A stretch of DNA of 64,000 nt, taken from Gracilinanus agilis. Taxonomy: Eukaryota. The stretch is from the NCBI RefSeq assembly GCF_016433145.1, contig NC_058131.1:711108069-711172068 (forward strand), written 5' to 3'. The translations under genes were made by a program, and so were the position numbers. The notes beneath the pieces were generated by a model. That model was not told where the DNA came from. It saw only the letters and a program-made list of their open reading frames with translations, and ran no database searches. Positions within the stretch are counted from its first letter, which is position 1, and every line of letters begins with the position of its first letter. This document shows, in pieces, positions 22,235 to 34,979 of this stretch.

Positions 22235-22554
22235 TTTTTTTTTTTCAATCTAAATTTTAATGTGATTTTAATTTTTTTTTCCAGATTACATGTCAACACA
22301 ATTTTCTTTTTTTTCTTTTTTTAAAAAATTTTCCATGGTTCCATGATTCATGTTCTTATTTTCCCCTTCACCCCCCTCTCTCCCCCAACCCCATAGCCAA
22401 CACACATTTCCACTGGTTTAACATGTGTCAGTCAAGATCTATTTCCATATTATTGATAGTTGCATTGGGGAGGTAGTTTCGAGTCTACATCCCCAATCAT
22501 GTCTGCATCAACCCATGTGTTCAAGCAGTTGTTTTTATTCTGTTTCCACTCCTG
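22235..22554 (-). mobile_element. 5'-truncated marsupial L1 3'UTR insertion
   Basis: T-tail, L1 3'UTR motifs (catttccactgg...gtctacatccccaatcat); TSD tagaagaagcct(a/g)tcttt. Confidence 0.8.
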
Positions 22555-25427
22555 TAGAAGAAGCCTGTCTTTTAGATTTTCATCATTGTTCACTTCATAC
22601 TAAGAGTTTCTGCGTGGGGGCTACCTAGCTACATGACTTACTCTCTCATTCCTGCTATGAGATCCAATCAAAGGAAGACATTTTCTGGTTAGTCCCAAGT
22701 GTCCAAGGTTCAGCCTTTGTATTTTCACCCTCTTAATTATTACTGATTAGGCACTTTCCACCTGGAAACTGAACTGAACGGAAGCTCTTAGCCTCTGGAC
22801 TTACCTGCATTGACTCATTCACCCTCAATTACACCCAAAAGCATACCTAGGAAACACTCACGCTACAACCGCTGCCTTTTCTTTTACATTACTGATGGGG
22901 TCAGTACAATCTGGCTGGCTTCCAAACCCTCCCAAATCTGGCTGGCTGTGGACGGCAAGTGGGGAAAGCAGCCCTGAAAAGGGCTCAGCAAGCCCTCACA
23001 TCAGAGCTACTACTCTTCCCCAAATGCCCCATATACCTTACCCTCAAAAGGACAAAGCTTGGCAAGCCTTACAAATATGTTATTGCTATTCTTCTGCTAG
23101 TTGAATGAGTCATAACTCCACAGAAGCACATTCTACCTGAGGACTACTTCAGAGAATTAATAATAACTGACATTTACAGATTTCTTTAAAGTTTGCAAAG
23201 CATATGGATTGCAGCATTTCATTTAAGCTTCCTAACAATTGTGTGGTTGGTGCCACAGGTATTCTCATCTCCCCAGTTATCACATCTGCTATGCAGTGGA
23301 GTCTCTTAAACCAGCCTCCCCCACCCTCTACTTGCCTTTTGAAAATGTGCAAATACTACTAATCCCCACCAGATCATTTTGGGAAATAATGGAAACAGCA
23401 GGCAGTCGCTTTGGGCTTGCTGCTGGCTCAACAGTATCTAAGAGCTAGGGCTGAATCTTAATGATGCTCTTCCCTCTCCCCTAGGTTGTGGTCAAAGTGG
23501 GTTGGAGGTGTTAAGAAATAAAAAGAAGGGGAAGCTAGGTGGCTCAGTGGATTGAGAGCCAGGCCCAGAGATGGGAGGTCCTGATTTCAAATCTGACCTC
23601 AGACACTCCCCAGCTGTGTGACCGGGCAAGTCACTTGACCCCCGTTGCCTATCCTTTACCGCTCTTCTGCCTTGGAACCAATACACAGTATTGATTAAGA
23701 TAAGGAAACAAAACAAAAAGGAGATGGAGGAAAGGCAACTGGAATTAGGGATAAAGCATGGACAAGAATGTGGATCCCATTCAGAAAGGAAAATGGCAGC
23801 TCGCTAAGATATGGTTTGGACCTTTAAAGACCAAGATCAGTTACAATTTGTTTGTAAGGCACCAAGGTTTAGGCCAAGTTCTTTCAGAAAGCTGGACAGA
23901 GGTAGCTGGGTAACTTTAGCAGATTGGGAGCCAGGCCTGGAGATGGGAGGTCCCGAGTTCAAATTCCTAGTTGTATGACCAAGTCACTTAACCCCATTGC
24001 CTAGCTTTTAACACTCCTCTGCCTTAGAACCAATACACAGTAGTGATTCTAAGATGGAAGGCAAAGATTTTATTAAGAATAGTAAAAAAGAAAGCTGAAC
24101 AGAAGAGGAGGAGGAAAACCTCTCGCATTAAAACATCCGGGAGAGAGACACCTGTAATTGGCCTGTAAGAAACTGGAGAAGGGCCTGAACAATAGACTCG
24201 TTTGATGCATTTCTCTTGAGCAGTGGGGCTGCCAGCATTAACCTCCACAAAGTTTCCATTATCAGGCCCTGACATAAAACTCACTTTGTGGCTGAGCAGT
24301 GTGGATAATTTTGCCCAAAGTAGAAAACATTTTTCACAAAAACAGTTTTCTTGAAGCTGTCAAGGCAGTTGATATGGAGGAGAAAGGGCTTAGGGGGTGA
24401 ATTGAAATTAAGCCTTTCTTAACTCTAGGTCTCTGAGATTGTGTGGCAGGGGAGGGCGCTGCCCCCTCTTGGGAGGGGATGGTGGAGAGAAGGAGAGGGG
24501 AAGAGAGCATAGATGCAGAATAAAAAGGGAAAGAGATGGCTGGGAATGGGCATGGCATTGGGGGATAAGTTATTTGGACTGGAGCTAGAAGTCCCAATGT
24601 TCATATGATGCGGAGTAGTTACTTTTTACTTCCCTGAATTTTTATGGTTGATGTAAAACTGAGGGGTTGAAGGAAAAGAAGGCCTTAGAGGGAAAGTCAG
24701 CAATCAGAGGCAGCAGGGATGGAGTGGCCATCAGTCAGCCTCCTCCTCTAGGCCCATGTCCGCCCTCCCGTTAAGGAATCCCTGAGAGTTGTGGAAACGT
24801 GGGTCTGGTGGTAGCAAAAAAAGTAGGGATGGGTCAGGGGGGCCCCAAGATCTGTCAGGAGATGGTGATTTGGTGTTAGGGGCAACCTGTGCTTGGAGAA
24901 GGAATTTGGGTCAGTTGGATTTGATTCAATCCAAATCATTCAATTGGATGCCAGCAACTCTTCAATTCTGTTTAATGACATTTTTTTTTCAAAAGCACCT
25001 ACTATGTGCAAAGCATTAGGGATGTGAAGAAGAGACATAATAGAGTCCCCAACCCCGTGAAGTTTGTAAGCTAATGAAATGCAGGGAGATATGCCTGTAT
25101 ATGACATAATGCAATTCAAATCAGTCAAATTCAAGCATTATTTAGTTATTTTTATAAATCCTACCTTTGACACATTTTGTCTTAGAATTAATTGGCTCCA
25201 AGGCAGCAGAGCAGTAAGGGTTAAATTAATAGGGGTTAAGTGTCATATAGCCCAGGGTCACATAGCTAAGAAATGTCTGAGGCAATATTTGTCTGTCTCT
25301 AGACCTGGCTCTCAATTCACTGAGCCACCTAATGGCCTTCAAGCACCATTTATTAATCACCTACCTGTAGGTGACTACTTGTAGCCATACTGTCTCCTTC
25401 AGAGTCAGAATAATAGCTGCCATTTAT

Positions 25428-25640
25428 ATTTTTATTTTATTATTTTTTTTAATTTTATTTTTTTAAACCCTTAACTTCTGTATATTGGCTCCTAGGTGGA
25501 AGAGTGGTAAGGGTGGGCAATGGGGGTCAAGTGACTTGCCCAGGGTCACACAGCTGGGAAGTGTCTGAGGCTGGCTTTGAATCCAGGACTTCCCGTCTCT
25601 AGGCCTGACTCTCAATCCACTGAGCTACCCAGCTGCCCCC
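25428..25640 (-). mobile_element. SINE1_Mdo-type SINE
   Basis: Full length; TSD atagctgccatttata. Confidence 0.88.
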
Positions 25641-28600
25641 ATAGCTGCCATTTATAGATGGCCATGGATGCCAAGATGAAGGTAGAAAAGTCTCTGCCCT
25701 TGAGGAGCTTACATTTTCCTGGCCAATAGGTGACATTTTGTAACCCTTAGAACCATAGATTTAGAATGGAGAAGAGACCTTAGAGACTTCTCATTCAGCC
25801 TCTCATTTTCACACTGAGCCCTGAGTGATCATTTTCTTCATTGATGAGGTGAGTCTTAGGCACACGCCCAGGCTCGACCCTCAAGTTGCCATAAGAAAGA
25901 CGAAACCAAGGCCAAGAGAAGAGTGATGTATGGAAGGCTGCATAGAAAGTAAATGACAGATGTAGGATTTGAACCCAGGTCATTTATTCCAAATCCAGTT
26001 TTGTTTTCTCTGTGATGCAATGTTAACTCTTATTTGGAGGTTTTAAAGTGTAGACATCCATTTGCTCATTTGAGCTTCATGGTGACCCTGAGAAGCGGAG
26101 GGCTTATTATTCCCAGATACAGAAAAGACTCAGAGAAGGAGAAATGACTTGCATAGGGTCACACATCTAGCCATTACTAAAATGTGTCAAAGGTAGGCTT
26201 CTGGACTCCAAGCCTAGCACTATTCCCTTCACATAACATTGCCTCTAGCTGTGTAGCCTTGCAAAAATCACTTTGCATCTCTGGGCTTAGACTTTCTCCT
26301 CTCTAAGACATTCTGATTTCTACCACTCTCATAGCTGTGATCCTATTCTTGTAAATTGTAAAGTACTTAGCTCAGTGCCAAATAAGTTCTATAAAATGTT
26401 ATTATTTTAATTATTATTTTTTGTTATTGTTCAGTCATTTCAAATGTGTCTGGACCCTTTGTGACCCATTTGAGGTTTTCTTGGCAGAAATACTGGATCC
26501 TAAAATAGAAGAAGAGAGGTAGCTTAGTTAGTGCTTGCTTTGACCAAAGCTGAGGCTGGGAACAGAATTAGCCCATGGTTGGGGACTTCATGGCAGTAGC
26601 CAGCTTGTTTGAAGCCATCTTGTCTTGTTTCATCGGTCAGAAATGTCAGTTTGTCTCTTGGCAGTCCTGACATCGGCTCTAATTCAAAAGAAATTGAGCT
26701 GAAAGCCTCTATTTGGGTCTCTGAGGTTTGATAGTCTACAGGTACCCTGATTTTTTCTGCCCTTTACATTCTACCCCCCTCCCCCCACTCCCAAAGACCC
26801 TTAGGGAACCAATGCCAGCAAAATACCATTAAAGAATAAGAAAGAATCATTAAAGAATCTTTAAACAATAAAATGAAGAAGGATGAATAAGATGATGGTG
26901 CAAACTACTCAGTGAAATTTCTTCTACAGAAGAGGCATGGTGTGATGTAAAGAGCATTGGATTCAGAGTCAGGAGGGGCCTGGGGTCAAATCCTCCTCCC
27001 AACACTTGCTAACTAGGTGTATCAGATTAAAAGTGATGACACCCAAGTTCCCTACTCAGCTCTGAGCACAAGTGCCCCACTCACTTAAATAAACAAAACT
27101 TGGAGTAAAAAGTGGCAATTGTTTATTTCCTTCATGAAAGAGAGTACCTCCATGATGGGCCAAGAAGGGCCAACAGACTAGTCAACAAACAGGCAATATA
27201 TACAAGTTCCCAACACAAGGCTCCTGCCCCCCTCCTCTGTCAGGCTCTGGCACCAGCCCTGATATATAATCCAAAACACTTGTGCCTGGGTTGTGTATTC
27301 TTCCATCCCAGCTCAGATGAGGTAAGGGAAACAAGCGAGTTGTTCATTGCCCTTTTGGTCTTTCATCAGTCTCTCTACTAAGCTTGTCCTGGAATCCTCA
27401 ATCAACAAAAGATAACAAACTAGCCTTTGTCTCATTCTGAGAATTGCCCACTCAGTTCTGTCTCACACTTAACAAATTACATCTGGGAGTCTCAGTTTCT
27501 TCACTTGTAAAATGGGTACATGTACCTGTAGTATAGACCTCCAATTATCAAATGAGATAATAATTGGAAAGTACTTAGCACAGTGCCTAATAAGTTCTAT
27601 AAAAATAGTATTTAAATTATTATTATTTGTTATTGTTCAGTCATTTCAATTGTGTCTGACCCATTTGAAGTTTTCTTGGCAGAAATACTGGAGTGGTTTG
27701 CTATTTCCTTTTTTGGCTCATTTTACAGACGAGGAACCTGAAGCAAACAGTATTAAGTGTCTTGGCCAGGGTCACACAGCTAGTAAATATCTGAGGCTAG
27801 GTTTGAACTTAGGAATATTAGTCTTCCTGCCTTCAAAATTGGTATCTTATCCATTGTATCACTTATCTGTCCACAAAATAATTATTATAGTGACATTTAA
27901 GTGATAGCTGTTATTATTTTTGTTATGGACAATTAATGCTGACTTGTGATGTTATGTAAAATTGTTTTCTCCATAAACTTCCCAAGGTGAGACTGAAATA
28001 TACTGATAGTCCATAGACTTTGAAAATAGGTCAGGACCTTCTTTCTTTAATTAAGATCTTAGAAGGGTAAAAGGACTAAGTTTGGGCTGATTAGCCATGT
28101 TGAATTTTGATTTATTTCAAGTATAGTGGTCGAGTCTTATGACTGATAAAAGAATGTGCTGGCATCTTCTGGATCCCAGCAAGGTCCTACCTCCTCTGAG
28201 ATGAAATAATGAGAGAGGAGTTGAGGTCTCTAGGTCCATCTCATCTTATGAAATATCCACCAGTGGGGGCTGTCGGGGGAGGTCCAAAGGTTGAACTGGC
28301 AGGCCAATCAGAAAGAGGATATAATTCCCTTTATAAGCAAGGGGAAGGACTCACTTGAACTCTTTTTTGAGGAAGGAGCCTGGGGGAAAAGAATCCATTT
28401 TTTGTTTGTTGTTTTAAACCTTTGCCTACTGTCTCAGAAGCTATGCTGTGTATTGGTTTCAAGACAGAGGAGTGATAAGGGCTAGACCATGAGGGTTAAA
28501 TGACTTGTCCAGGCTCACACAGCCAGGAAGAGTTTGAGGTCATATTTGAACCCAAGACCCTAATATCCCTAGGTCTGGCCTTTAATTCACAGAGCCATCT

Positions 28601-29812
28601 AGCTGCTCAACAGATCCATCCTTTGTTAATGGGAATGGCATTCCCCCATTAATAAATGATGCTATTCTTAGAGAAACAGCCTCATATTCTTTATTGGCTA
28701 AAATCTGAACACTACATTATTATTATTGTTGTTGTTGTTGCAGTCATGTCCAACTCTTTATGACCCCAGTTGAGGTTTATCAAACTCTACCTTATAACAA
28801 ATTTATTTATACGCTCTACTAGATTGTAAATTCCTTGAGGGTAGGAACTGTGCCAGTTTTGTCTTTACACACTTTATATATAAATTCTTTCTCTATTTCT
28901 CCAGCTCCTAATTTCTGGACCCCAAGTTAAGCACAGAGACTAGAAATATCATTCCAGTAGAACAGGGAACTCCCAGGTGAGGAGAGTCTTACCAATGTAG
29001 GTTGGTACCTTCTCAGCAGCTTATGATCCTAGAGAGTTGGCTGAGCACTGAGATAGTAAGATAGGGTCACAGAGCCAGTGTGTGTCAGCTGGAGACTTGA
29101 ACCAAGGTCTTCCTGGCTCTATGGCTAGCTCTCCATCCACCTTGTCATCATGCCTCTTTACCTGCCCTCAGAGACTCTTGTCTGTAACTATTTGTTTGTT
29201 ATCTACTTCCATATACCCATGTCTACCCTGAGAGGAGGTGATGGGAGGGACTTTCTCTTTGTCCTTGAGCCCTCAGTGACTAACACTGTGCCTAGCATAC
29301 AGTAAACCCTACTTTTTGATCGACTGATTGACCAGGAAGAGGCTTCCACAAAGAAACATTTCATAAATGTTTATAAACTGGAATTGAATGGAGATTGAGA
29401 AAAGGAAATAGAGAGATGCTGAGATGAGCTCTTTCTTTTGTGGGGTGGGGCAGGGCTAATTATAATTGCAAAGGAACTGACAGAATTAGACTGAAATCTA
29501 AATGTGAGTGGTAACCAATAGAGTGCAGTGGGTAGAGCCAGCCAGCCCTGGGCAAAAATGGGAATTCTGCAAAGCCTCTCTTGGCCCTCTCCCACTTCTG
29601 TTTCTGTCTGCCCATTTCCTCCCACTTCCTATCCTGAATCGCCTACTCTTAGGGCAAATGTCAGGCTGAGTATCTCCCACAAAGTAGAGATTAATAAGAA
29701 TTTAAATTTGCACCTTCCCCAGGAGTATTTTAAGAGGTGATTTTTGACATCCCCAAAGAATTCATCGCTAATAGTGGAATTTCAATTTTTAATGAAATGT
29801 GGGTGGGAGAGA

Positions 29813-30066
29813 TATTTTGGAGTAGGTGAAGAGACTTCATAACCTCACCAGTGGGTGGATGCCTAGTCCTTCTATCTACTGGCGAAGAAGGCTTTATTAG
29901 TCAGCTCTCTCCACCCCTCCCTTACTCTTGGGCGGGGATATGGTTTTGTTAGAGTAAGGGAGGGGTGGAGAGAGCTGACTAATAAAGCCTTCTTCCCCAG
30001 TAGATAGATGGACTAAGCATCCACCCACTGGTGAGGTTATGACGTCTCTTCACCTACTCCAAAATA
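29813..30066. repeat. Near-perfect inverted repeat: 116-bp arms, 22-nt spacer
   Basis: Arm 29813-29928 is the reverse complement of 29951-30066 with 4 mismatches (hand alignment). Confidence 0.95.
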
Positions 30067-31870
30067 CCTAAGACAAAAGGGTATTTAGCATTTACCCTAG
30101 GGTCCATTATTCAGTCTGCAGCTGCCAGCCTGAGATTCCCTTGACTCTAACACTTTTCATAAAAGAGAAAACTGAGGTCCTAACTCTCCCATGCCACACA
30201 GGTAGAGAGTAGCAAAGCTGGGATTTGAACCCAGATCTCTTGACTCCAAATTCAGCACATTTTATTGGTTAACTTTCTAATTCTTTTAGCTGTTAATGCT
30301 TCATCCTCACATCACCACTTATAGAATCATCATCTGCCATATCTTCTAGTAGGACATAAGATTCTAGAAGATGGGGAGTCATTATTGTTGTTGTCATTGC
30401 CTTTATATCCCTAGCACTTAGCTTAGAGCCTTATTTTTTTTTTTTTTTACTAGACTTAAGGTTTTGTTGACAAGTTGTTGCCTAGTCAATTTCAATATGT
30501 CTGACTCTGTGGGACCCTTTGGACAATACTGTCCATGAGATTTTCTTGACAAAGACATTGGAGTGATTTTCTATTTCCCTCTTCAGTGGATTAAGATAAA
30601 TAGAAGTTAAGTGACTTGCCCAGGGTCACACAACCTGGATGTGTTTGAGGGAGAACTTGAACTCATCATCTCAGTTCTCTAGTCACTCTACTACATTGCC
30701 TCTCATCTTGTACGTACTAGTTGGTTAATAAATGCTTTTTACATTGGACTGAGTTGGGGGTATGGACAGATTTGATGAGTTCATCTATGAATGCCAGTTT
30801 CTGAGAATGTAGAAGAGAGTGGGAGAGTCAGAGGTCTGTCATTTTTCCTTGGTCTGCTGCTGGTCCTGTGCCTACCCCAGAACCCTATTCAGTAAAGAAT
30901 GCCAGGGTCTAAAGGACTCTTGACCCTGGGTATTATGGAGTGATCTATTTGGGGCATCTCACATTGAGTCTTCTCTCAAGCCTCATCAGATATCTCCTTC
31001 AGCTCGGTTTCCCAGAATCTATTTTGCACATTCACTAACCATCACTTCAGTTGGTGCTAGAACCCCAGGCCAAGTGGGGATGCCTTGATTTCAGAGAAAA
31101 CCAGGGGCCTTAAGAAAGGGAGAAATACCTTCATTTATGAAGCTCTATAGAGTAGAAATGAGCAGATCCTGGGGATTTCTTTCTGTGGTTACATTTGAAA
31201 TCTGATTTCTGCCTAAACAGGGGCAGGGAGATACACTTGCTGTTGGTTTGATGCCAAGTGGCTGGGCTGGCATCATTCTCCCTGCCTGGTCATCACTGTG
31301 CTCATCCCCCTCACTGGGAGCTGTGTGCAGAGATGACAACTTCTTTTTCTTTTATGTCTTCTTTAAAATACTTTCCAGGAAATAGCACATATTATCATCC
31401 TTCTGATAATATAATTGAAATACAGTAGAAAAATAGAATCGATTTGGTATAGTGGATGGAGTGCTGCCTTTGAGTCAGGAAGGCCTGGATTCAAATTCTG
31501 TTTCTGATCAGCTGTGTGACCTTGGGTAAGTCACTTAGCATTTCTGAGACTCAATTTCCTCAAATACAAAACAAGGGGATTTGAGCTTGAGCCTCTATGA
31601 TCCTTTCAAACTTTAAATCTATGAGTCTTTAATAGATATGCTAAGATCTTCTTGGAGGGTTCTATTCCCTCAGCAGGAAGTTCTCCCACTGGTAGAAACT
31701 ACACATCTTCCATGTTTTTACTTGATATAAAGACCCCAGGCTAGGCTCTAGACATGGATTTTTGGCTCCAGATCTAGTTTTGTGACCTTGAATAATTACT
31801 TAACCTTCCTCATCTTGGTTCTATTGTTTGTCAAAGGAGCCTCTGTGACTCCTAAAATCTTTTCTGATGT

Positions 31871-32303
31871 TGTGGAACCTAGAAAGAGTCAGAATTAAAA
31901 ATCCTGACCCCTGTATGACATTATGGACCCAACCCTTATATGACATTATGGTGAAATAGAATTATCCACAAGAATCCCAACCTTGCAGACCCCCAGTCTC
32001 CAGGGACTTACCTTATCTACACTGAAGACCTTCCCCTTCTCCCTTTGATCTCTTCCCCTCTGGAATTCACCTTATCTACCTTAGGACATTCCCCTTATCT
32101 ACAAGACGTCCTAACCTTAGGACATTCCTCTACCCTGTTCCATTCTGACTACTACTCCATAAAAACTCTAGCCCAGGCGCAGCTTAGGGTCACTCACCAA
32201 CTTTAGGTGGGAGACCCTAGCTCAAGCTAGACAATAAAGTCCCTTTGCATATTGCATTGTTGGTTCAAGACTCATTTATTGGGATACTTCTCTGGGCATA
32301 ACA
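31871..32303 (+). mobile_element. Solo ERV1-type LTR (433 bp)
   Basis: tgtgg...ataaca termini, cataaaa TATA-like motif, AATAAA at about 32233, 4-bp TSD atgt. Confidence 0.85.
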
Positions 32304-32578
32304 ATGTTTAGATTCTTTGAAGCTTCATTTTTGCATTGAGGATTAGGTCATTTTGGGCAGAAGTTGAGGAAGGAACCTATAGGAAAAGATACAAGAGAAG
32401 CTGTTGCTTTTAAGTTTGGCAGAGCTTACTGGAGAAAGGGAAGAGGGAAAGGATAGGCACTTTTTTAGTACATACCATGTGCCAGACATGGTACTTAAAT
32501 GCTTTATGAATGTCTCTTTTGACAGGAATTCATACATATGTTTTTCTACAACTATGCTCTAGTTTTTTTATTTGAGAT

Positions 32579-33075
32579 TGTTGGATTTAAAAATCAGTTT
32601 GGCAGACTACTGAACTATTTCTGGCCTGGACAAGCTACCTCCAGCCCCCAAGGTTTCCCTTACAGTCTTCCTTATTTTCCCCTATTATAAACCTAAAACT
32701 GAAGCTATCTTATCTGATGGACATTAACCTTCTTGTGGAATGTTTGTCTATCTTTGCCTGCTTAACAATATTTGCCTATTTAATGTATGTTTGCCAAATG
32801 CTTTCGGACCCCTAACCCTGAAACCCCCCTCCCCAGATGCCTCCTGACCTGATGCTACCTTGATAATTATGTATGCACCAACCCCCTTCCCCAAACATTT
32901 CTATATAAAGTCTTGGCTAAGAATTCCAAGGGGTCGGTTCAGGCACTCCTCTCTGCCTAGCAACCCTAGCTATTATTGCTAGTAAAGAATGAGCCTCTTC
33001 TTGCATATTGCATTGTCAGTGTGATTCTTCCTCCGGCCACGAACCTGGGTTAGGTATTAAAATTTGGGTACAACA
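32579..33075 (+). mobile_element. Solo ERV LTR (497 bp)
   Basis: tgttgg...caaca termini, ctatataaag TATA, agtaaa poly(A) variant, 5-bp TSD gagat. Confidence 0.85.
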
Positions 33076-33147
33076 GAGATTATTTGAGAAAAAAATATAT
33101 GATACAGCTAGAATCTCTTTATTTTTGGCAAGGTTCCCAATACCCTC

Positions 33148-33419
33148 NNNNNNNNNNNNNNNNNNNNNNNNNNNNNNNNNNNNNNNNNNNNNNNNNNNNN
33201 NNNNNNNNNNNNNNNNNNNNNNNNNNNNNNNNNNNNNNNNNNNNNNNNNNNNNNNNNNNNNNNNNNNNNNNNNNNNNNNNNNNNNNNNNNNNNNNNNNNN
33301 NNNNNNNNNNNNNNNNNNNNNNNNNNNNNNNNNNNNNNNNNNNNNNNNNNNNNNNNNNNNNNNNNNNNNNNNNNNNNNNNNNNNNNNNNNNNNNNNNNNN
33401 NNNNNNNNNNNNNNNNNNN
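33148..33419. other. Assembly gap (N run)
   Basis: 272 N. Confidence 1.
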
Positions 33420-34979
33420 GCAGAGACTCAGAGATGGTAAGTAATTTGCTCAAGGTCACACAGAAAGTCCTTTGCCAAAGCTGAAAATAGAACCCATATC
33501 CCTCAGCCTGTGTCCAGGGCTCTAATGTATGAGACCCCACTGAGTCCCTGGCAGGATTTCTTTGACAGTGCTGAGATAAGCTATTACTAAGGGTTATTTA
33601 TCTGTGGGGTCATTTAGCCTTGAGATAGGAAGTACTGTTGATGAAACTCTCTTAGGCAGGAGGGGAGACTCAGCAAGGTCTTGCTGCAGCTGGCTCAGAA
33701 GGGCTTTTCAGGAGTCATGCCCTGTGAGATTCCGTGGAGGACACAGACGGATGGGTCACTGCGGTCACAGGCTGTGGGAAATGAGGTGGAGAAGAACAGG
33801 TCGGGAGCAATGAGCACTTTTAATTGCTGTGAAATGGTCAGAAAGCTTTTGCCCAGCCAGAGCAACAACCTCAAACCATTCATTTAGTTTATAAACGAAA
33901 CAGAGCAAGATGGATGTCTTCTATTCCTTGAGTAATAAGCACAGATTGCTTTCATAAGGGAGAAGGAAACTGCCTGACAAGTCCAGTACCTGGGAGATAA
34001 ATAGGAGAGACTCACCACTGACCATCAGGAGAGGGGCCAATTCTAATAAAAGGCTGGAATCCTTCCCCTCCTCCAAATGAAAGAAACCTCCTGGTAAAGA
34101 GAAGATGTCTAACACATGCAATAATATAATGGGCCCCTTCTTTCTCTTGGGAGTTTCAAGGGCATATTTATTCCATATCAAATTATTATTTTGCATATTG
34201 ATTAACTTTTTCATTGACTCCCAAATCTAGATACTGTAATGTAAAGAGTACTAGACTGGGAACAGGGTCCTGGGTTCAAATTCTGGTTCCAGGACTTTCT
34301 CTTAAGAAGCTGTCCTATCACTTTCTCCTTGCATTTTATTTGTTTTTAACTTCATTAACAGAATCTGAGTTAGAAGGGTTCTCAGAGGTCATCTTGTCCA
34401 TCCCATCCGTGTATGAGAATCCTTCTGCAATATATCAAACTTATCATTATCTACCATTGACTTGAACACTTCAAGAGAGGAGAAATAAACATCTCCCAAA
34501 TTATCCCCTTGGGCTGGGATAGGCTACTCCTTACATCAAGCATAAATTGGCTTCTTTTCAGCTTTTAACTCTTGCTCCCAGTTTTCTTCTCTGGGATCAC
34601 TCAAGATGAGCTTGGTTCTTCTTCCATGTGATAGCCTTCCAGGTTCTTGAAGATAGCTGTTGCGCCCCACTCTAAGTCTTCTCTTCTCCAGGGTAAGCAA
34701 GCTAGGTCTTTTGGTTGATCCTCATGGAAAAAGAATTCAAGTCTTCATCATCTTGGTTGCTATCTTCTACTCTTTTACCTATATCCAGTGATCTTTTATT
34801 CACCAAATCCATCCAATGACCTTTTCTCAATTCTCTTCCTTCCTGTCCCCTCTGCAACCTTTGATTCTATCACTCTTTTCCCCCTTGATCTTCTCTGGTT
34901 TCATGACTGCCTTTTCTGGGTTCTCATCCTTCCTCTATGACTGTTCCTTCTGTTTCCTTTGCTAGTTCTTCATTTAGGT

